A stretch of DNA of 60,256 bases, the filler included, from Sphacelaria rigidula (Eukaryota): NCBI GenBank assembly GCA_964200075.2. It is 8 parts of 8 records of this genome, joined end to end, with 100 filler letters (N's around TTAATTAATTAA, not from the genome) between each part and the next. Parts side by side here need not be neighbours in the genome. Positions count along the whole stretch, not along the records: positions 30,181 to 37,624 come from CAXNAA020014891.1; positions 37,725 to 45,168 come from CAXNAA020014892.1; positions 45,269 to 52,712 come from CAXNAA020014893.1; 5 more parts are not named here. One strand, given 5' to 3'. Below, piece after piece: positions 34,364 through 48,176 of the stretch. The notes below the pieces were generated by a model, which made no database searches, was not told the origin of the DNA, and was given only the letters and a program-made list of their open reading frames with translations. Positions within the stretch are counted from its first letter, which is position 1. Every line of letters begins with the position of its first letter. A program made the position numbers and the translations under genes.

Positions 34364-36699
34364 AGTCAGAGTGCAGAGTGGAAGCTTCGAAACTTCATAG
34401 TGGAGGTTGAAAAGTTCAAAGCGGAAGCTGATGTGACGTGGCTTGACGTGTTGCTTTTTGTCGCAGTGATTGGCCTCAGGTTGCCCCGCCAAATGTACGA
34501 TCGACCAGCGCACACTTTGAAAGTGTATAGGCCGGCACAACACTGGCTGTACCGTACACTGCAGCACCGTACGCACCATACACCACGCTTTTTCATTGCA
34601 TCTGCAGTACTTGAATCCACTATACGGAGCAGTACAGGACACTGTAGTGCCCTAGTTCTGTGCAGCGTGGAGTACAGTGCTGTGCAGAGGGTGCGATGCA
34701 TAAGCCTACAACAGTAGTGTATTGCGATGCTGTGAACTACTGTTGTACAGCGATACCGTCCAGAGAGTCAGTTGTACACACAGTAGTACAGACAATACGG
34801 TACGCCGCACTTCCAAACAGCATACCTCGGCTGCATTGCGATGATTTTTCCACATGCCACCCTCAACGGTGGTGCAAGACGTTATGATCTATCTCGGGAT
34901 GGAAATACAGCCAGGTGCAGTACTGCCTGTGTGCTGTAGACTACGTATCGTTCCCACCGTCTTCTCCCCCAACGCAACGTGTACCTGTCGAGCATTTGAA
35001 TTTTCAAGAAACAACCAAGCGGATTGCTGATACCATGGCGGCGTCAGGGAGGTCTTCTGATTGCGATGCCAAGCTTTTCTACTTCGTGAATGGTCCATTG
35101 TGATGGGTATGGCAGTTTTGACGGATGATGAATGCCCCGCTTTGCTTGTAAGGGTGTATTGACTTTGGACTGGACGTGACCATGGTGGTGGGCGTGCTTC
35201 TTTTTCATTCCGCTATGAACTCTGAGAAGGAACAAGGGTTTTCAGAGTGAAGTGGTGCCAACGGCATTCTGACCCTGAAAACATTGCTCTGAAAAACCTT
35301 TACAGCGGAAAGTGCACCGTTACAGGCTATTATCCCTTCCACTCTGACTCTAAGATTTGAAAAACCGCTTTTCGAAACTCTCTCTTCTTACTTTTTTTCC
35401 ACAGCGAGCAATTGCTTGAGTGCTCACCCTATTAGTTTGTTTCCACAACGAGCAATGACTCGAGTGCTCGCCCTATGAGCTTGTTTCCAAAACGAGCAAT
35501 GACTCGAGTCCTCGCCCAACTAACCCTTTTGGGACCAACCCCTCACTAACACAGGGTTGACCATATGTTAGTGTCGGGAGAGAAGTCGTTGCTCTATTCC
35601 CCAATATAGATTCAGCCGTTTTCATGGAAGTCAGATGTGTTCAAATCGAGGTCACAGAGAACTGTGGGCACTGATGTGCCAAAACAAGAACGTATGCTTA
35701 TGATTCGCCTTTTTATATATTACTGGTGCCGCCCTGGTGCCGCCGCACTATATTAAGACAATAACTCGCAATCAAAACCAAACCTTCAGCCAGAAACTAT
35801 ACTTTAGGATCAGAAATGAGAAGTGAAACGCGGGGTTGCGTGCAGAAGGTACCTTCCACACTCACCCTTGTGTCTCTTCGTCCCTTCTATCGTACTTCAT
35901 CACCTCACCTGTGATGTTAACTCTTTAAGAACCCACTCTTCAAGTCCCCGAGCACACCCAACAGCTAGTTGTTCTGCACGTTGCCCAATACATGACACAA
36001 GGGCACCCTGTTTCTCGAATCTACCCTTCAACATACCTCTACTGCTCTGATCTTTCGATCCGGAATACAAGTTCTTTTTTACTCTTATTACTTCAACAAA
36101 AAATACTTCAGCGTGATCATAGCCCGTAGCTAGAATAATGCTCGCTTGACCTTCAAACACCACAACACAATCTCTGTACCCCGGACAAGGATTATTTTAT
36201 CACATTTCACCCCGATTCCCCGATGCATACGTCCATATTTTCAAACTAGAACTGGCTCAGTTCAAAACCATGAAGCCTCCGAGAGCTCGGCTCACCACAT
36301 CTGCATATTCTGTGAACCTAAATTTCATATTTTGCTTCAGATAAATTGGGTGAATAAACTAATTCCAACCGCCAAAACTCTGGTGAGCCTCAATATTCCC
36401 CATTGATACGCAAACCAGCCGCCCCAACTCCTTGACTACGACAAAATAAACTCCAAAGAAATGTAACATCCGTTATTTTACCCTGCCTTTTACACACAAA
36501 ACTTCACAAATCGGTCCCCTTCCTCGTAGATGCTGCCTGTGTTCGACCTACACACTTAATTCAACAGTCAACTTCAAAGTAGAACAGAGAAAAACATTCA
36601 AACTAAGATGAGAAGATTAGTCAAGCCATTTCATCGTTCTCCTGGCGCAGCTTCATCTCCCTCTCGTCGTCGTGTACCGATGCCAAACCCACCCCCTAA

Positions 36700-37550
36700 T
36701 CATCTACAACCTTGTGACGTCCATCTTCAAATCCGATTATAGTTGATGATCTTCTCCAGCGTTCCAGCTAAAACGTATGCGCAAAGAATTTGAAAGTCCT
36801 GCGCTGCACTTGGTAGTGTCAGCACCAATTCCCCACTTGGTTCCGAGAGGTGTTCAAATTTTCCATAAAACGATGAACATTGTACCTCCTTCCGAGATCC
36901 AACATCCTCAAAGTGTGCGGGCGCCTTTGCAACGCTGCATCCTCCTGGAGGCCCATTACCTGAGCTAAAAGCGACCCTGTCGTCTGCGTTCGATAATAAA
37001 TATATAACAGCCGACAAGTTGTGGCTCATACACATGAGGACCAGCAGTGACATTGCTTCTAAACTCGTAGCATTAAGCCATAAACATTCCTCCCCATTAC
37101 CTAGCCTCCGCTCGTCTTGCCAAGTTTACACGATATTTCGATACTTCGAGTTATCTAGCCTCTCCATTTTTGGATTCCCCATCCAGTACGTTAAAATTAC
37201 CCGATCATATTGTTTTATGTCCTCCTCATGCTCCTATCTGGGCCTCCAAACTCTCCCAATATAGTAAATACTGAACTGAGAATTTTGCACTCAAGTCAAG
37301 AGATACACGGTGACTCACAATCTTCGTGGGCTTTAGCCTGTATGTGTCCAGCTGTATCGATATATTCTCCTCTGTGAGATGTAGCGGAGGTGATAATTCC
37401 GAGTATTGATTCAACACAGGCTGACTTAAACCCTAGGGTAGAGATTTCGGCGGCTCCGGTTCACCCTTTCGATTGAAGCACCGCTTACATCTCAACACAG
37501 AAACTCGGAGACTCATGATTGCCCCAGGCTCATTTTTCCGGAGTTCAAGC
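36700..37550 (-). mobile_element. Degenerate Gypsy pol C-terminal region with chromodomain-like segment
   Basis: LLLELRKNEPG..RVSVLRCKRCFN..NQYSELSPPLHLT..KIVSHRVS..SVQYLLYWESL; many stops and frameshifts. Confidence 0.6.
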
Positions 37551-37624
37551 AACAAACAACAAATTGTGCGGATTGAGGTTTAACTCCGAGATGAGGTTCA
37601 AGCCTAAAACAGTGCTTTCCCCAC

Positions 37625-37724
37625 NNNNNNNNNNNNNNNNNNNNNNNNNNNNNNNNNNNNNNNNNNNNTTAATTAATTAANNNNNNNNNNNNNNNNNNNN
37701 NNNNNNNNNNNNNNNNNNNNNNNN
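37625..37724. other. Artificial contig spacer
   Basis: 44 N + TTAATTAATTAA + 44 N. Confidence 0.99.
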
Positions 37725-37819
37725 GAAAGAGCTCAGTGCTTACTTTCTGCCGCAGCTGTCGGCTGTTGACGAGTGCCTTTGTGTGAGAAAAACATATAGT
37801 TTGAGTGTAACAAGTCAAT

Positions 37820-37900
37820 CCAGGACCGCGACAGACACCCCACAAGGGTGTGGCTTGCTTGCGTTCGGGGTATACGGCCCTACTGCTTGCGGTAATTGTC
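37820..37900 (+). repeat. Short dispersed repeat (also 43058-43140)
   Basis: CAGGACCGC...CACCCCACAAGGGTGTGGCTTGCTTGCGTTCGG.GTATACGGC.CTACTGCTTGCGGTA nearly identical in both copies. Confidence 0.8.
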
Positions 37901-38173
37901 TATACTTCCACACATGGGGCTTCAGAGGTAGCTTGTGACCTCAAGCTGTACTGTTTTTCTCTTCGTTGGCTGCTGCTGTACGCGTCCCAGTCCACCACAA
38001 CCCTTCGTTGGTTTGTTTTTTCAAGCCCTGTATTTTCGGTCTTTGATTTTCGCTTGATATTTGCGTACACGATTTAGCGGTGTATTACACCAAGGTAATA
38101 AGACAGCTTCTTGGACCGCTGTTTCCTCTTTTACTCGAAGTTGGACATACATTCCGACACGAGTTCGCTGCAG

Positions 38174-38242
38174 GTCTTCGATGTGCCACACGGTACCCAC
38201 GTTGGTTTCAGGCTGTGGCGACCGAACCATGAGGCGCTTCAG
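38174..38242 (+). CDS. Candidate exon, unknown gene
   Basis: CTGCAG acceptor, CAG|GTATAA donor, 69 nt, VFDVPHGTHVGFRLWRPNHEALQ; no homology recognised. Confidence 0.25.
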
Positions 38243-41200
38243 GTATAAACGCACACGCAAGCCCTCTTTTGCTGCACAAGCATATTCCCCTCAACCTGCA
38301 GGTCATATCGACGGTACAAGCCAACCCACTGCGGCGGATACGCTCTCACTGGTAACGTTATACACCGCACAGAGAACGCATAGCGTTTTCATGCACACTC
38401 GATCTGAAGTGCTGTGTCCTTTTTCACCCACGGGCGGTTCTCGGATAATGAAGCCGCTCACACGTTCCTTGTTTAGATACGCCCCTCAAGGGTCCGTAGC
38501 TTTTTCACCGCCCTCCCGACCACCTGCCCCTGCAAGCGCCCCTGCTCACTGTCCGTCGATTCTGTATTCTGTATCAACCGAATCGACCGACATGTGTCCA
38601 AACACACGCCGATTCATGCTTGCAGGTAGAGAGTTCGCGGGCTACTTCAATCGCCGCCCGCTGTACATACAACTTTTCTTGCCCAAACACGGAACGTTGA
38701 GCCACCATGCGCACCGAATTATATCGATGCGGCATGATGGACCAGGATAAGAATGTTGTCTGTACACGAGCATGATTGAACATGGCGATGCGCGAGGCTC
38801 ATGTTACTTGTACACAAGCGCTCGACTCTGTACTTTTGTTATTTTTGCACGGCACCAGTGTACACTACAGTTTGATTGCCGCCCCACCAACACGCACTAC
38901 AGTACATACTTGGTCGTCCGGAAGGCCACTCACCTTTCCCGTTGAAATATTGTTCCGAATTGAAGTACTGACGACAGTACAGCTCCGTTTCAATTTAAAA
39001 TGGTCCCAGCGGGGAGTATCTTGCGGACGGTGAAGTGCCGTACTGTAGCATGCGTTGGTACTGCTACACTATCTGAACGAAGTAATCTACAGTGCATTGT
39101 AGATATGAGAACGGCGCGGGCATAATGTCGTGTCGGATTTTTTTCACGTGATGCGAACAAATTGATATCGTAATGCACTGTCGACCACGCCCGCTGGACC
39201 ACGTTAAGATCATGTGTACTGTACTGTGCCACACAGCATTTCGTTGTCTGGTGCTTTTTACGCTGCTGTCTGCACTGCACTACACATTTGTATTTCGGTT
39301 TTGCTTGTACATTTATAAACTGTCTACCTCTACGATGTACGTTTGTTAGGGTGTCTCACGTTTTGGTGCATGGTACGAGAGGCTCCCCCACGGTTGTTGT
39401 TGTTGCTGCTAGTGAAGGTGTTGCGAGGCGTACTCATGGTGTTGAAGAAACGGGTGTATGGGGAAAAAGTAATGGTGCCCGGAGTTGATGGTGGAGATGA
39501 GAAAAGTTGGGGAGTGGAGAAGTTGTGAATTGATGGGGGCGATGTAGAGCCCAACCTCCGATGTAAAAGTGTTTGACGTACGGAAGTCGATACTTCCTCC
39601 TAGAACTGATGTACTCGAAATGACGCACGTCCGTAAATACGTCAGCCTCGATGTTGGCGTGTTCTCGTTCCTTCCGTCGGTAGATTCATTGAGATTTCCC
39701 GAAATCGGCGATTGCATTGAGCGCTCGGAGGGGATCCTGGTGTCTCCAACGACACGACCAAGGCGAACTCGAAACAGCCGTTCTACGGAACACGGACACC
39801 GCTTGGGATGCAAATGACTCATGATGCCGCATCCGAGTCTGCTTCCCCATTCACCTTGTGTAGTGTACCGCGTTCGCGTCGCTTGTCTTGCATTGTAGCG
39901 TCGTTGGAAAACCACGTGTCCCCCCCCCTCCCCCACTGACTAAGGCAAGCAACACATGAGAACGCCCCCTCCCCCACTTCATTTGTTTTGTACTGGTTAG
40001 CCCCGTACTTGTAGTGGTTGATGTTGTGTTTTGTAATTGGTATTTGGTCTTTGGTTTATATATATATATATTGTGTTTTGTCTTTTGTTGCTTTGGCCTT
40101 GATTTTGTGTTCCTGTTTTTTTTGCTTTGCGTCAATTGTTTTGATTTGTTTTCTTTGTCTTTGTTTTTTTGTTTTTCTGCTCTTCTTTTCTTCTCTTTTC
40201 GCTTCGTGCTATGTGTTCGATATTTCGTGTTCAATGGGTACTTTTCTTGGGTACTTCTGGGTTCATCTAGCGAAGTACAAGTGACGACCGTTCCATTCCT
40301 GACCCCGAGTCTGAAACCTCGAACCTCCGTCCTCCGCGCCGTACATTCACAACCATTCCGTCCACCGGAACAGTTGCCACGAGTTGATTATGTCTTCATT
40401 TGTTTTTCGTTGTACGCACATGTTGTCTTGCTTTGTTATTTCATGGTTTTCATCTTTGATTTTTTTGTTTCGATTGAAGAGTTTCCGGAGCAAGCGCTAG
40501 CCATACCTGACGCCCACGTCTGAAATATTTGCGCTTTTGTTCAATCGCTCTGCACGCGAGTGCCACCTCTCTCTCTGGGACCGGTCATGACGTGTCTTCT
40601 TCTTTTTGTGTCATATATCGTCGGTAATTTTTTTTTGTTTTACCTTTCCAGTTGAGAGTTTTAGGAGCGAGCGTTGCTTATACCTGACCCCCCGTCTGGA
40701 ATAATTGCGCTCTTGCCCGACCGCTCCGTACACGCATACCGCTTCCCCCTGCAGGATCGGTAATGACGTGTCCCCTTTTTGTGTGCGTACCACATTGATT
40801 TTATATTGACATGGGTTGCCTGAAATGTTTTGACCTTGTTGGCTGAAAAATGTTTGACCCTGCTTGCTCCATACACACGATAACCACTCCCGTTTACAAG
40901 GACGGTTGCCGCGTGTTGTTTTCCTGCCTTGTGTTGCGGGTTTTCGTTTTCGCTGTTGCCCAGCGTGCCCCTGGTTTTGAGTTTATTTTGGTTTTGGTTT
41001 TTGCGTCCATATCGGGAATTTCGCCACGAGTGTTCCAACGTTTCTGACCCTCGAGTCTAGAACACTTGGCCTACTTTTTTTTGCGAGTCCTGCCGCATTC
41101 GACCGACCTCGTTTATAGGAGGGTCACGGGTAATGCGACGCGATGATTTATACCTTTGTGATTGATAAGTTACAACGAGGCCATCACTGGCCGCGTCGTA

Positions 41201-42835
41201 CATAGCGGTGTTGAAGACTTGATATTGAAGTCGTGGTAAGATCGGTTGCAAACGTCTCCTCATACAGGACCTTCACGTATCATGATGAGGTTGGTCGCTC
41301 TTTCGGAAGTGTCCGTTCGGCCATGTCGATATTCGACCGTTGGTACAGCCTAGAGGCTCAGAGTCCGCCACTCGCTATTTTTTCTGTCACTTTTACCAGT
41401 TTTTGCGTACAATTACCCGCCCCTGAAATTGGTTGGGGGTGTTTCGTGTTTATCAGGGATTATTGGACGAAGTAACGTGACGGTACGACCGGCTGTGGGT
41501 TTTACTCCAGTTTGTGTTCGGGCCAGTCTCGTTTTAGTCCGAACGGGCAAATACTGTGAGGAGTGGGCTGCGTTGGTCCTCTCTGTCCTGTGTATTTGTC
41601 GTGGTTCAGATATGTGTTGGGTGATCCGCCTCGGAACTACGTAGTAGGCCCGAAGGTTGTGTATTGTCCACCACGTTTCTTTTGATGTGTACGGACACCT
41701 GACCTCACAAACCGGTCAGTTGTTTTCGTATCGTCGTGTGAAAAAAGAAACCAAAATGCTGTACGACTGGATCATCAACCAGACGTCCCCAGCAAGTCGC
41801 TGTTCTCACAAACAAATACCGACAATTAACTCACGTCAAACGAGTTGATTTGTCCGTATCATTCTATTTTTTTATCAACGTATGGGTTTCGCGGGAAACT
41901 ACCATTTCCACGACGAAAGCGGCTGTATGTTGCAGGCTTTTACTGATTGAGTGGGACGAGTGATTAGCATGAACTTGGTTATCGGAGTGATGAAATGCCT
42001 TGGCGGGCTTGCTTGTTTTTCCACGAATGACCTAAAACAATTCGGACATTCGGAAAAGGGCGAACTATATATTAATGATATAGTTATGGCAGGTTAGGAT
42101 AATCGTTTCAATGATCGGTCTCTGATTTCCTGTGTCTATCCCGGAAATTCGTACGACATCCTGGAGCCACTGCATTTTTTGGTGTATTGTTTGATTGTTG
42201 TTTTTGGGTCGCATTTTTTTAAGTAATGTTTTTCTTTCCCATGACCCCGTCTGAAGAACTCACGGAACATGAGGACACCGAATCATTGTGTCGGTTCGAT
42301 TTTCTTTTTCTCTTTGCTTGTGTTGGTTCGTTACTGATTTTTTTGTGTTGATCGCCCCCTTCCGTTCCCCGAACCCAAGAGGACTCGATCTTCAAATGGA
42401 TGGAGTCTCAATTTTCTGCGGTGTGGGAGAGGTGTGGCTCGATGCAAGTTCGTCCCTTCTGAAAAGCGACTGCACTTGAACGACCCAGGGTGAGCTAATG
42501 TGAGGTAAATGACTGAGTGCCTGAAACAAAACTAGTTCTTCGGGATATGCAGATGGTTCCTAGAAATGACCAGCGGGTATGGAAAGATTCTAGTCAAATG
42601 TGTGTTTGTATGAGACAGGATTCGATCCTTGTATTGTTCACGCAGCGGGTTGAAGGTAGATGGATTATACCCGATTAGCCGCGTGTACCTGCTGCTACTG
42701 CAGCCTTGATTACCTGAAGGTACGGCGCGTCACGGTGATTTCGTATTACGACGAGATTGTAAGCGGGGCAGACGGACGTGTAGGCAGCTGCTCTACCCCC
42801 CTGACGCGTTCGAAAACCCCGACTACAGTCATCAG

Positions 42836-42918
42836 GCCTCATTGGATGAAGAAGAGCTTTTACTCATCCTCGACCCACCGATCTCCTGTCTTCAGTGTCG
42901 CGAGTTCACAGCTCTGAC
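42836..42918 (+). CDS. Candidate exon, unknown gene
   Basis: TCAG acceptor, GTGAGT donor; ASLDEEELLLILDPPISCLQCREFTAL; no homology recognised. Confidence 0.22.
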
Positions 42919-43170
42919 GTGAGTCTTAGCAGTGCTGTATTTTTACCCTCATTCACCATTGTTACTTGTTTGCTGGCTTTGGAACTGTTTCCACTTTGAC
43001 AGCTGGGCTATTGTATCGAGAGATTGAAACCGCAGTTTGGGATAGCAAGTCGGAAACAGGACCGCCTGCCCACACCCCACAAGGGTGTGGCTTGCTTGCG
43101 TTCGGTGTATACGGCACTACTGCTTGCGGTAGTTGCTTATACTACCACAGGCTTGGAATTCTTATTTTCA

Positions 43171-43898
43171 ATTTCGGAACACTTTGAAAGGCGCTGATTG
43201 GTCGAGACACATTTTTGTCCATAGCGCCACTGCTATAGCTCTGACAACAATTCCGGCTATGTCACCCTCTTCGCTTGTTCATTGCGATCAGTATGATACC
43301 ATGTATGCGACTATTGGGTGCGTATTGCAGAAGACACTTGCTGGTGACAGAATTTGGGTTTCTTCCCGTGAACCAACCTCTGAAACCTATTCTTTGTGGT
43401 TTGACGTTGTTTGACGCACAAACATAGTACATTTATTTAGAGAGTAATATGAACAAGGCACGGGATGTTGTGCGTAAATGGACGAAAGGTGTCCGGATGC
43501 TGCACAGAAGAAGACCCCCCAATTGTTTCTTGTCGCCTTCGGCGACAAAGAGACCGCATTTTGTCTTCGCCTCCGGCGAAATACCTACGGCACGAACTTT
43601 TTTTCTGCGGCAACCCGCAGATAAGCCCGTCGAAACTCTGCGCTGCGCGCACATTTCCCTAAATATCTGTTCTGGTCTGTACACAGTACAGGCTGGTTCA
43701 CGCTTATCACCCAAAAATGTGTCAGCAGCAAATGCCTTTCGTAATACCTACCCCATAGTCGCATACATGATTTCATACTGACCGCCATGGACAGCAAAAG
43801 AGCGTGACATAGCTGGATTTGAGTGTAAGGCCATAGTGGTAGCGCTAAGGGCATAAAGGTATATAGACCAACCAGCGCCCGTCAAATTGTTCCGAGAT
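43171..43898. mobile_element. Old non-autonomous DNA element with ~170-bp diverged TIRs
   Basis: 43171-43345 is the inverted complement of ~43730-43898 (e.g. CATGTATGCGACTAT / ATAGTCGCATACATG). Confidence 0.7.
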
Positions 43899-45168
43899 CG
43901 AAATTGCGAATTCCAAGCCCAATCTCCACCCAATCACCACATGCTTCAAATCGTAGTGTCCGCCATCGGCTCGGGAATTAAACCAAAAAAACATTTTTTC
44001 AAAACGGTTTCTTCGGGGTCAAATTAAACCCGAAACCGTGATGTTTCGGTGATGTCGGGTGTTGGCGTCTTCTAATATCGGCTAATAATATACGCACGAA
44101 AGACCCAGGGAGCCTCGTGACGGCGTTCCCTATATCTCTTGTAGAAAAGCTCAGATCGCCCTCAAACTTGGCAGTCCCGTGGGTATTGATGCTCCAAATG
44201 AAAAACTTGTGTTCATGACAACATTGAAGGGTTTCTCCGTTCTCAACTGGCTGTCGAGGTGCCAGTATGAAGACCCCCGGAGGGCAGTACACAATGCCCT
44301 GAAAGAACAGTAATTAACTCATGCGTCCTGGGATCGTCCAAGGAATAGATGTACAACGTTTGGTGCACAAACTCGAAAACCTCATACAGTTTTTCTCGCC
44401 TCAAACATCCTCGACCTTCGAAAGTTACGTAATGCCCCATACAACATCTGTGCAACCTTTCAGGGTCCAACTCCTTAAAACGGCGTGAGGTTTTGCCGAT
44501 GAGTGTTTTTTGTGTGACATGCCTGAACCAGCCTGTATAATAACTACGACAAAACGGTAAAGGCGCCTCTTCTGTTCGATCAAGGAAAATGTACCTCGAG
44601 TCGTACGTGTTGCTGAGTGACACCAGAGGTATCCCGTACTACTACTGTGACTTGACTGTATAATTCCAACCGGCATAAAAAGGTTTAGACAGTACTCCCA
44701 TGGTGTCCACCAATTAGTTGTACATGACTCGAGGATGATCACCTGGTACCCGCGTGGGCAGTGCCTGCGTCCGGACAGCTGTGTCGAGGGGCAATCTCTA
44801 AAGATCGGCATACTGTACAGCAAGACAGGTAGAAGCGATAAATGAAAATCTCGTGAAGATGGTGTCGCTAAAGGAAGTAGCCAACAAGGCAAAGTTCTGT
44901 ATTATTTGTCAATGCTGGCATAATCTTTTCCAATAAGATGTGACATCACGATCGACGATGGGAAGAAGGTGCTGAACCCCTCTGTCGATGAAAGAAAAAT
45001 AAGGAAAGCACCGCAGCAGGAAGGTGAAGAACTAAAATAAATAAAAAAGAAGAAACTCCAGTGTTAGCCTTTCTCCTGTTTGACCCCGGCTGGTGCGCCC
45101 ATATATAACAGGGTTGCCAGAAAAATGAGAACGTATTTTGAAATGAGAATCAACCGCTCCCCGGGATT

Positions 45169-45268
45169 NNNNNNNNNNNNNNNNNNNNNNNNNNNNNNNN
45201 NNNNNNNNNNNNTTAATTAATTAANNNNNNNNNNNNNNNNNNNNNNNNNNNNNNNNNNNNNNNNNNNN
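45169..45268. other. Artificial contig spacer
   Basis: 44 N + TTAATTAATTAA + 44 N. Confidence 0.99.
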
Positions 45269-45799
45269 GATTGCTGATGATCATGATCCAATCCGCGAGA
45301 CCAAAATGAAAGGCGCGTACCGGGGGAGAGATGGGTTGATCCCTTGAGACCACGGACTGATCCCGAGGAAGGGGGGGGTTCAAAGTGTGAGGGAAAAGAA
45401 AAAAAACGCACCTTTCAAAAAGTGTGCAAAATGCTAAAAAAGGTTATCTGAGCTTACGTGAACAAGTACTTTCAGGTATGCGCAAGTGAACTGGACAGCG
45501 TTGTGATTGGGGACACGAGGGTCACGGTCTGCTTCTTCACACGAAGGATGGAAATTACAGAGGAAAAACGCGAGAGAGCGAGCAGCACATCAAGGAAACG
45601 AGCAGTACATCCAGGGGAAGAGGGAATGGCTGCGGCACATAAATCAGACCCGTGATAGATGAAAACAAAGCATTTTTTGCTGTACTGAATACAGCATCGA
45701 CCATTCTCGATCCAGTCGCCATCGTGGCACGGCTGCCGGAAGCCACGTCGCTTGGTGACCCGCTAATACTGCGTGAAACGGGAGAGACGCTGAGAGAGC

Positions 45800-47400
45800 T
45801 ATGACTAAAGGCAAAGCGATGGGGTGGAATGGGCTACCTACTGAACTCCTCGAGCTTGGATTGGTCGGGGAGCCCCCGGAGTCCTGTGCAACTTCCACAG
45901 CATCGTTTCTACTGGCGGAACGTCTACCGAGATGCTGCAGCCATGGAATGATGTCGCCACGTTAAGCGCTACACAAGAAGGATGTGACTGAGTGTGATAT
46001 TGGTATCTACAGGGGTATCTCCCGCGTAGCGCATGCTGCTAAGGGCACCTTTAAGTTGTACTCGATAGGCTTGGAAGTTCTTGCAAGGAAAAAGGGACGC
46101 ACCCGGGAGATCAGCGCTGATTCCTGTGCCAACGATCGGCCACCGACGTGGCATTCGTCATAAGTCAGCTGCAGAAGTTGGGACAGGCGAGCAATATCCC
46201 GTTGGACATTTGCTTCATTGACCTTCAGAGGCGTGGGGCTCCATTGACAGCGCGGTCCCGTGGGAAGCGCTTGTACATTTTTGAGTCCTGCTGCGGATGG
46301 CAGAAGCCATTCGTGTTGTCCACGATGGCAGGCGAGCTCGCTTGCAGCTCACTGACGGTGAGCCACCACATTGATTCCACGTCCGCCAGGCCCTTAGGTG
46401 GGGATACCACCCCCCCCCCCCATATTTTTCAACATTGTTTTCGCAGCTGCGATTTAGTGTTATTGCAGCATTGGCACGCAGACCCCGACACCGTTTCAGG
46501 CTTAGTACATCCAAGGGATTCGCCGAAGAAGGAAGAGTGGACTCGAAACACAAGGCATGGCTCGAGAGGATGCGACGCACGGTGTGGGAAAGGCTGCACA
46601 TGGATGACGCATGCGTGGTCTCGAGGCCCCCCAGGCCGACTCATGAGCATACCGACTGTGATAGTTGTAGTCTTCTAGGTATGCAGACTAACGGTATCGA
46701 AGGATAAGACCGAGACTATGCACCCGTGGTCAATGTCTAGCTACCCAGAGGCCGCACTACACATGGAGGCGGCAGGTTAACAATACAGCAAGACGGTCGA
46801 GTTTGCTGCTGGCGATGGTAGCGCGAGTTTGCATTGAGATCACGCACTCCATCAGCGTTGCGTAGCTTCGCCTCACAAGTCATAGCTAGTTCCCAGCTCG
46901 ACGATCGACCGCATGTTCAGGCACCGGCCAAGCTCCCGCTGCTCGAAGTGGGGGCGTTGGACATTACGCGGATGTTCTGCTCGGACACGACGCCTAGAGA
47001 GCTACGAGAGTCTGCGTCCTGACTCGGACCGCGAGCCGTTGGCTTCCACAGGAAATATCGTCGAGGCCACAAACACTTTATCGCACAGAGCTATGCTCGA
47101 AATAACCAAACGTGAAAACACCAAAAGAAACAAAGCAAGCGCCAACTCTGTTTTGCGGCCATCCTTGCCCGGTCGGACGAAACTTCTCTTCGGGAGCGCA
47201 CCCTGTTTAGACGGTGAACAAAGTGCCCGAAGAGGCTGGCCCTCGAGACAGAAGGGACAGGGAAGAGGGCACGATCGGAGAACCTGCGTGTCCTAGGGAC
47301 CATTACACGTAAGGAGAACCGAAGAAGTGGTTCGCTCAAGATTTTGAGGTCAAAAACTTGTAACATCGAGTCACTGATACTATGACAGTGGTTATGACGC
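45800..47400 (+). mobile_element. Degenerate LINE (RTE-like) reverse transcriptase remnant
   Basis: YRGISRVAHAAK, FVISQLQKLGQASNIPLDICFIDLQ, LHMDDACVVSR (YADD-like) and KTETM across frameshifts. Confidence 0.8.
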
Positions 47401-48105
47401 ACCAGGGGGCAAGAAGGGGGCAAGGAAGCTCGAAGTGTGGGGATACAAAGGCCCCCGGCGATCCGACTCGTGTTCCGAACAAGAGGCTGTGACGAGGCCT
47501 GTGAGATGCGGCAGTGAAAGAGCCGCCGCCGCTGGTACAGCAACGGCAGCAATAGCACTTGAGGAACCCAAGATAAAAACAATCGAAAGAGAGGCCTATT
47601 TCTTACGGGACTAGGGACGAGGGCAAGAGGGGCTAGGCGAAAGCCGGCATCCTTGTCTCATCCGATTTGTTGTTGGAATATGTCCTATTAATAGGCTCGC
47701 AACTCCAGTTTCCTCTTCGTCGTCTGCTTTAATTCTGGGGTTGTCCTCGTTTTTTTTTTTCTGTTCTTTTTTCTTCTCAGGTTTTCTCAGCTTTCCCCCA
47801 TCCTTCTCCCCTCGCTCACGATCTTTTCTGAACCTCCTTCATTCGCGCTTGTGTGCCCTTTTCCCGAGTTTATCATGGCGGCTGAGAGTTCGTGCCTGAT
47901 AATTCGGTGTCCAGATAGCTGACTCGCTAAATACATTCACGGCCTCGCCTTTTGCACCTCTCCTCAGCTGAAACTCCCGGTGCGGGCATCTCGACATTCT
48001 AGCTTTTAGTCAGGCGTTGACGTCAGTTTACTCTCTCTTTGAGAACCACCACATAGAAGGGAAAAATTCCCACAAGTGTCTGGGAAGAAATCACTTTTTT
48101 ACCTT

Positions 48106-48176
48106 GGCGACACGAGTGAGATGGCTTGTACGCTTCGCGAACAGAAGGCCCCGGGTTCAAATTCCAGATCTCACCA
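48106..48176 (+). pseudogene. tRNA-like sequence or tRNA-derived SINE head
   Basis: B-box-like GGTTCAAATTCC and 3' CCA; no convincing cloverleaf. Confidence 0.4.

Noticed and set aside
39851-40523. K-rich and F-rich ORFs
   Set aside because: Translations of T-rich low-complexity sequence.
44243-44892. Possible Gypsy C-terminal remnant or gene
   Set aside because: Only a faint LDDP-type resemblance, too degenerate to support a call.
48106-48176. Functional tRNA gene
   Set aside because: B box and CCA are present, but acceptor, D and anticodon stems cannot be formed convincingly; kept only as tRNA-like.
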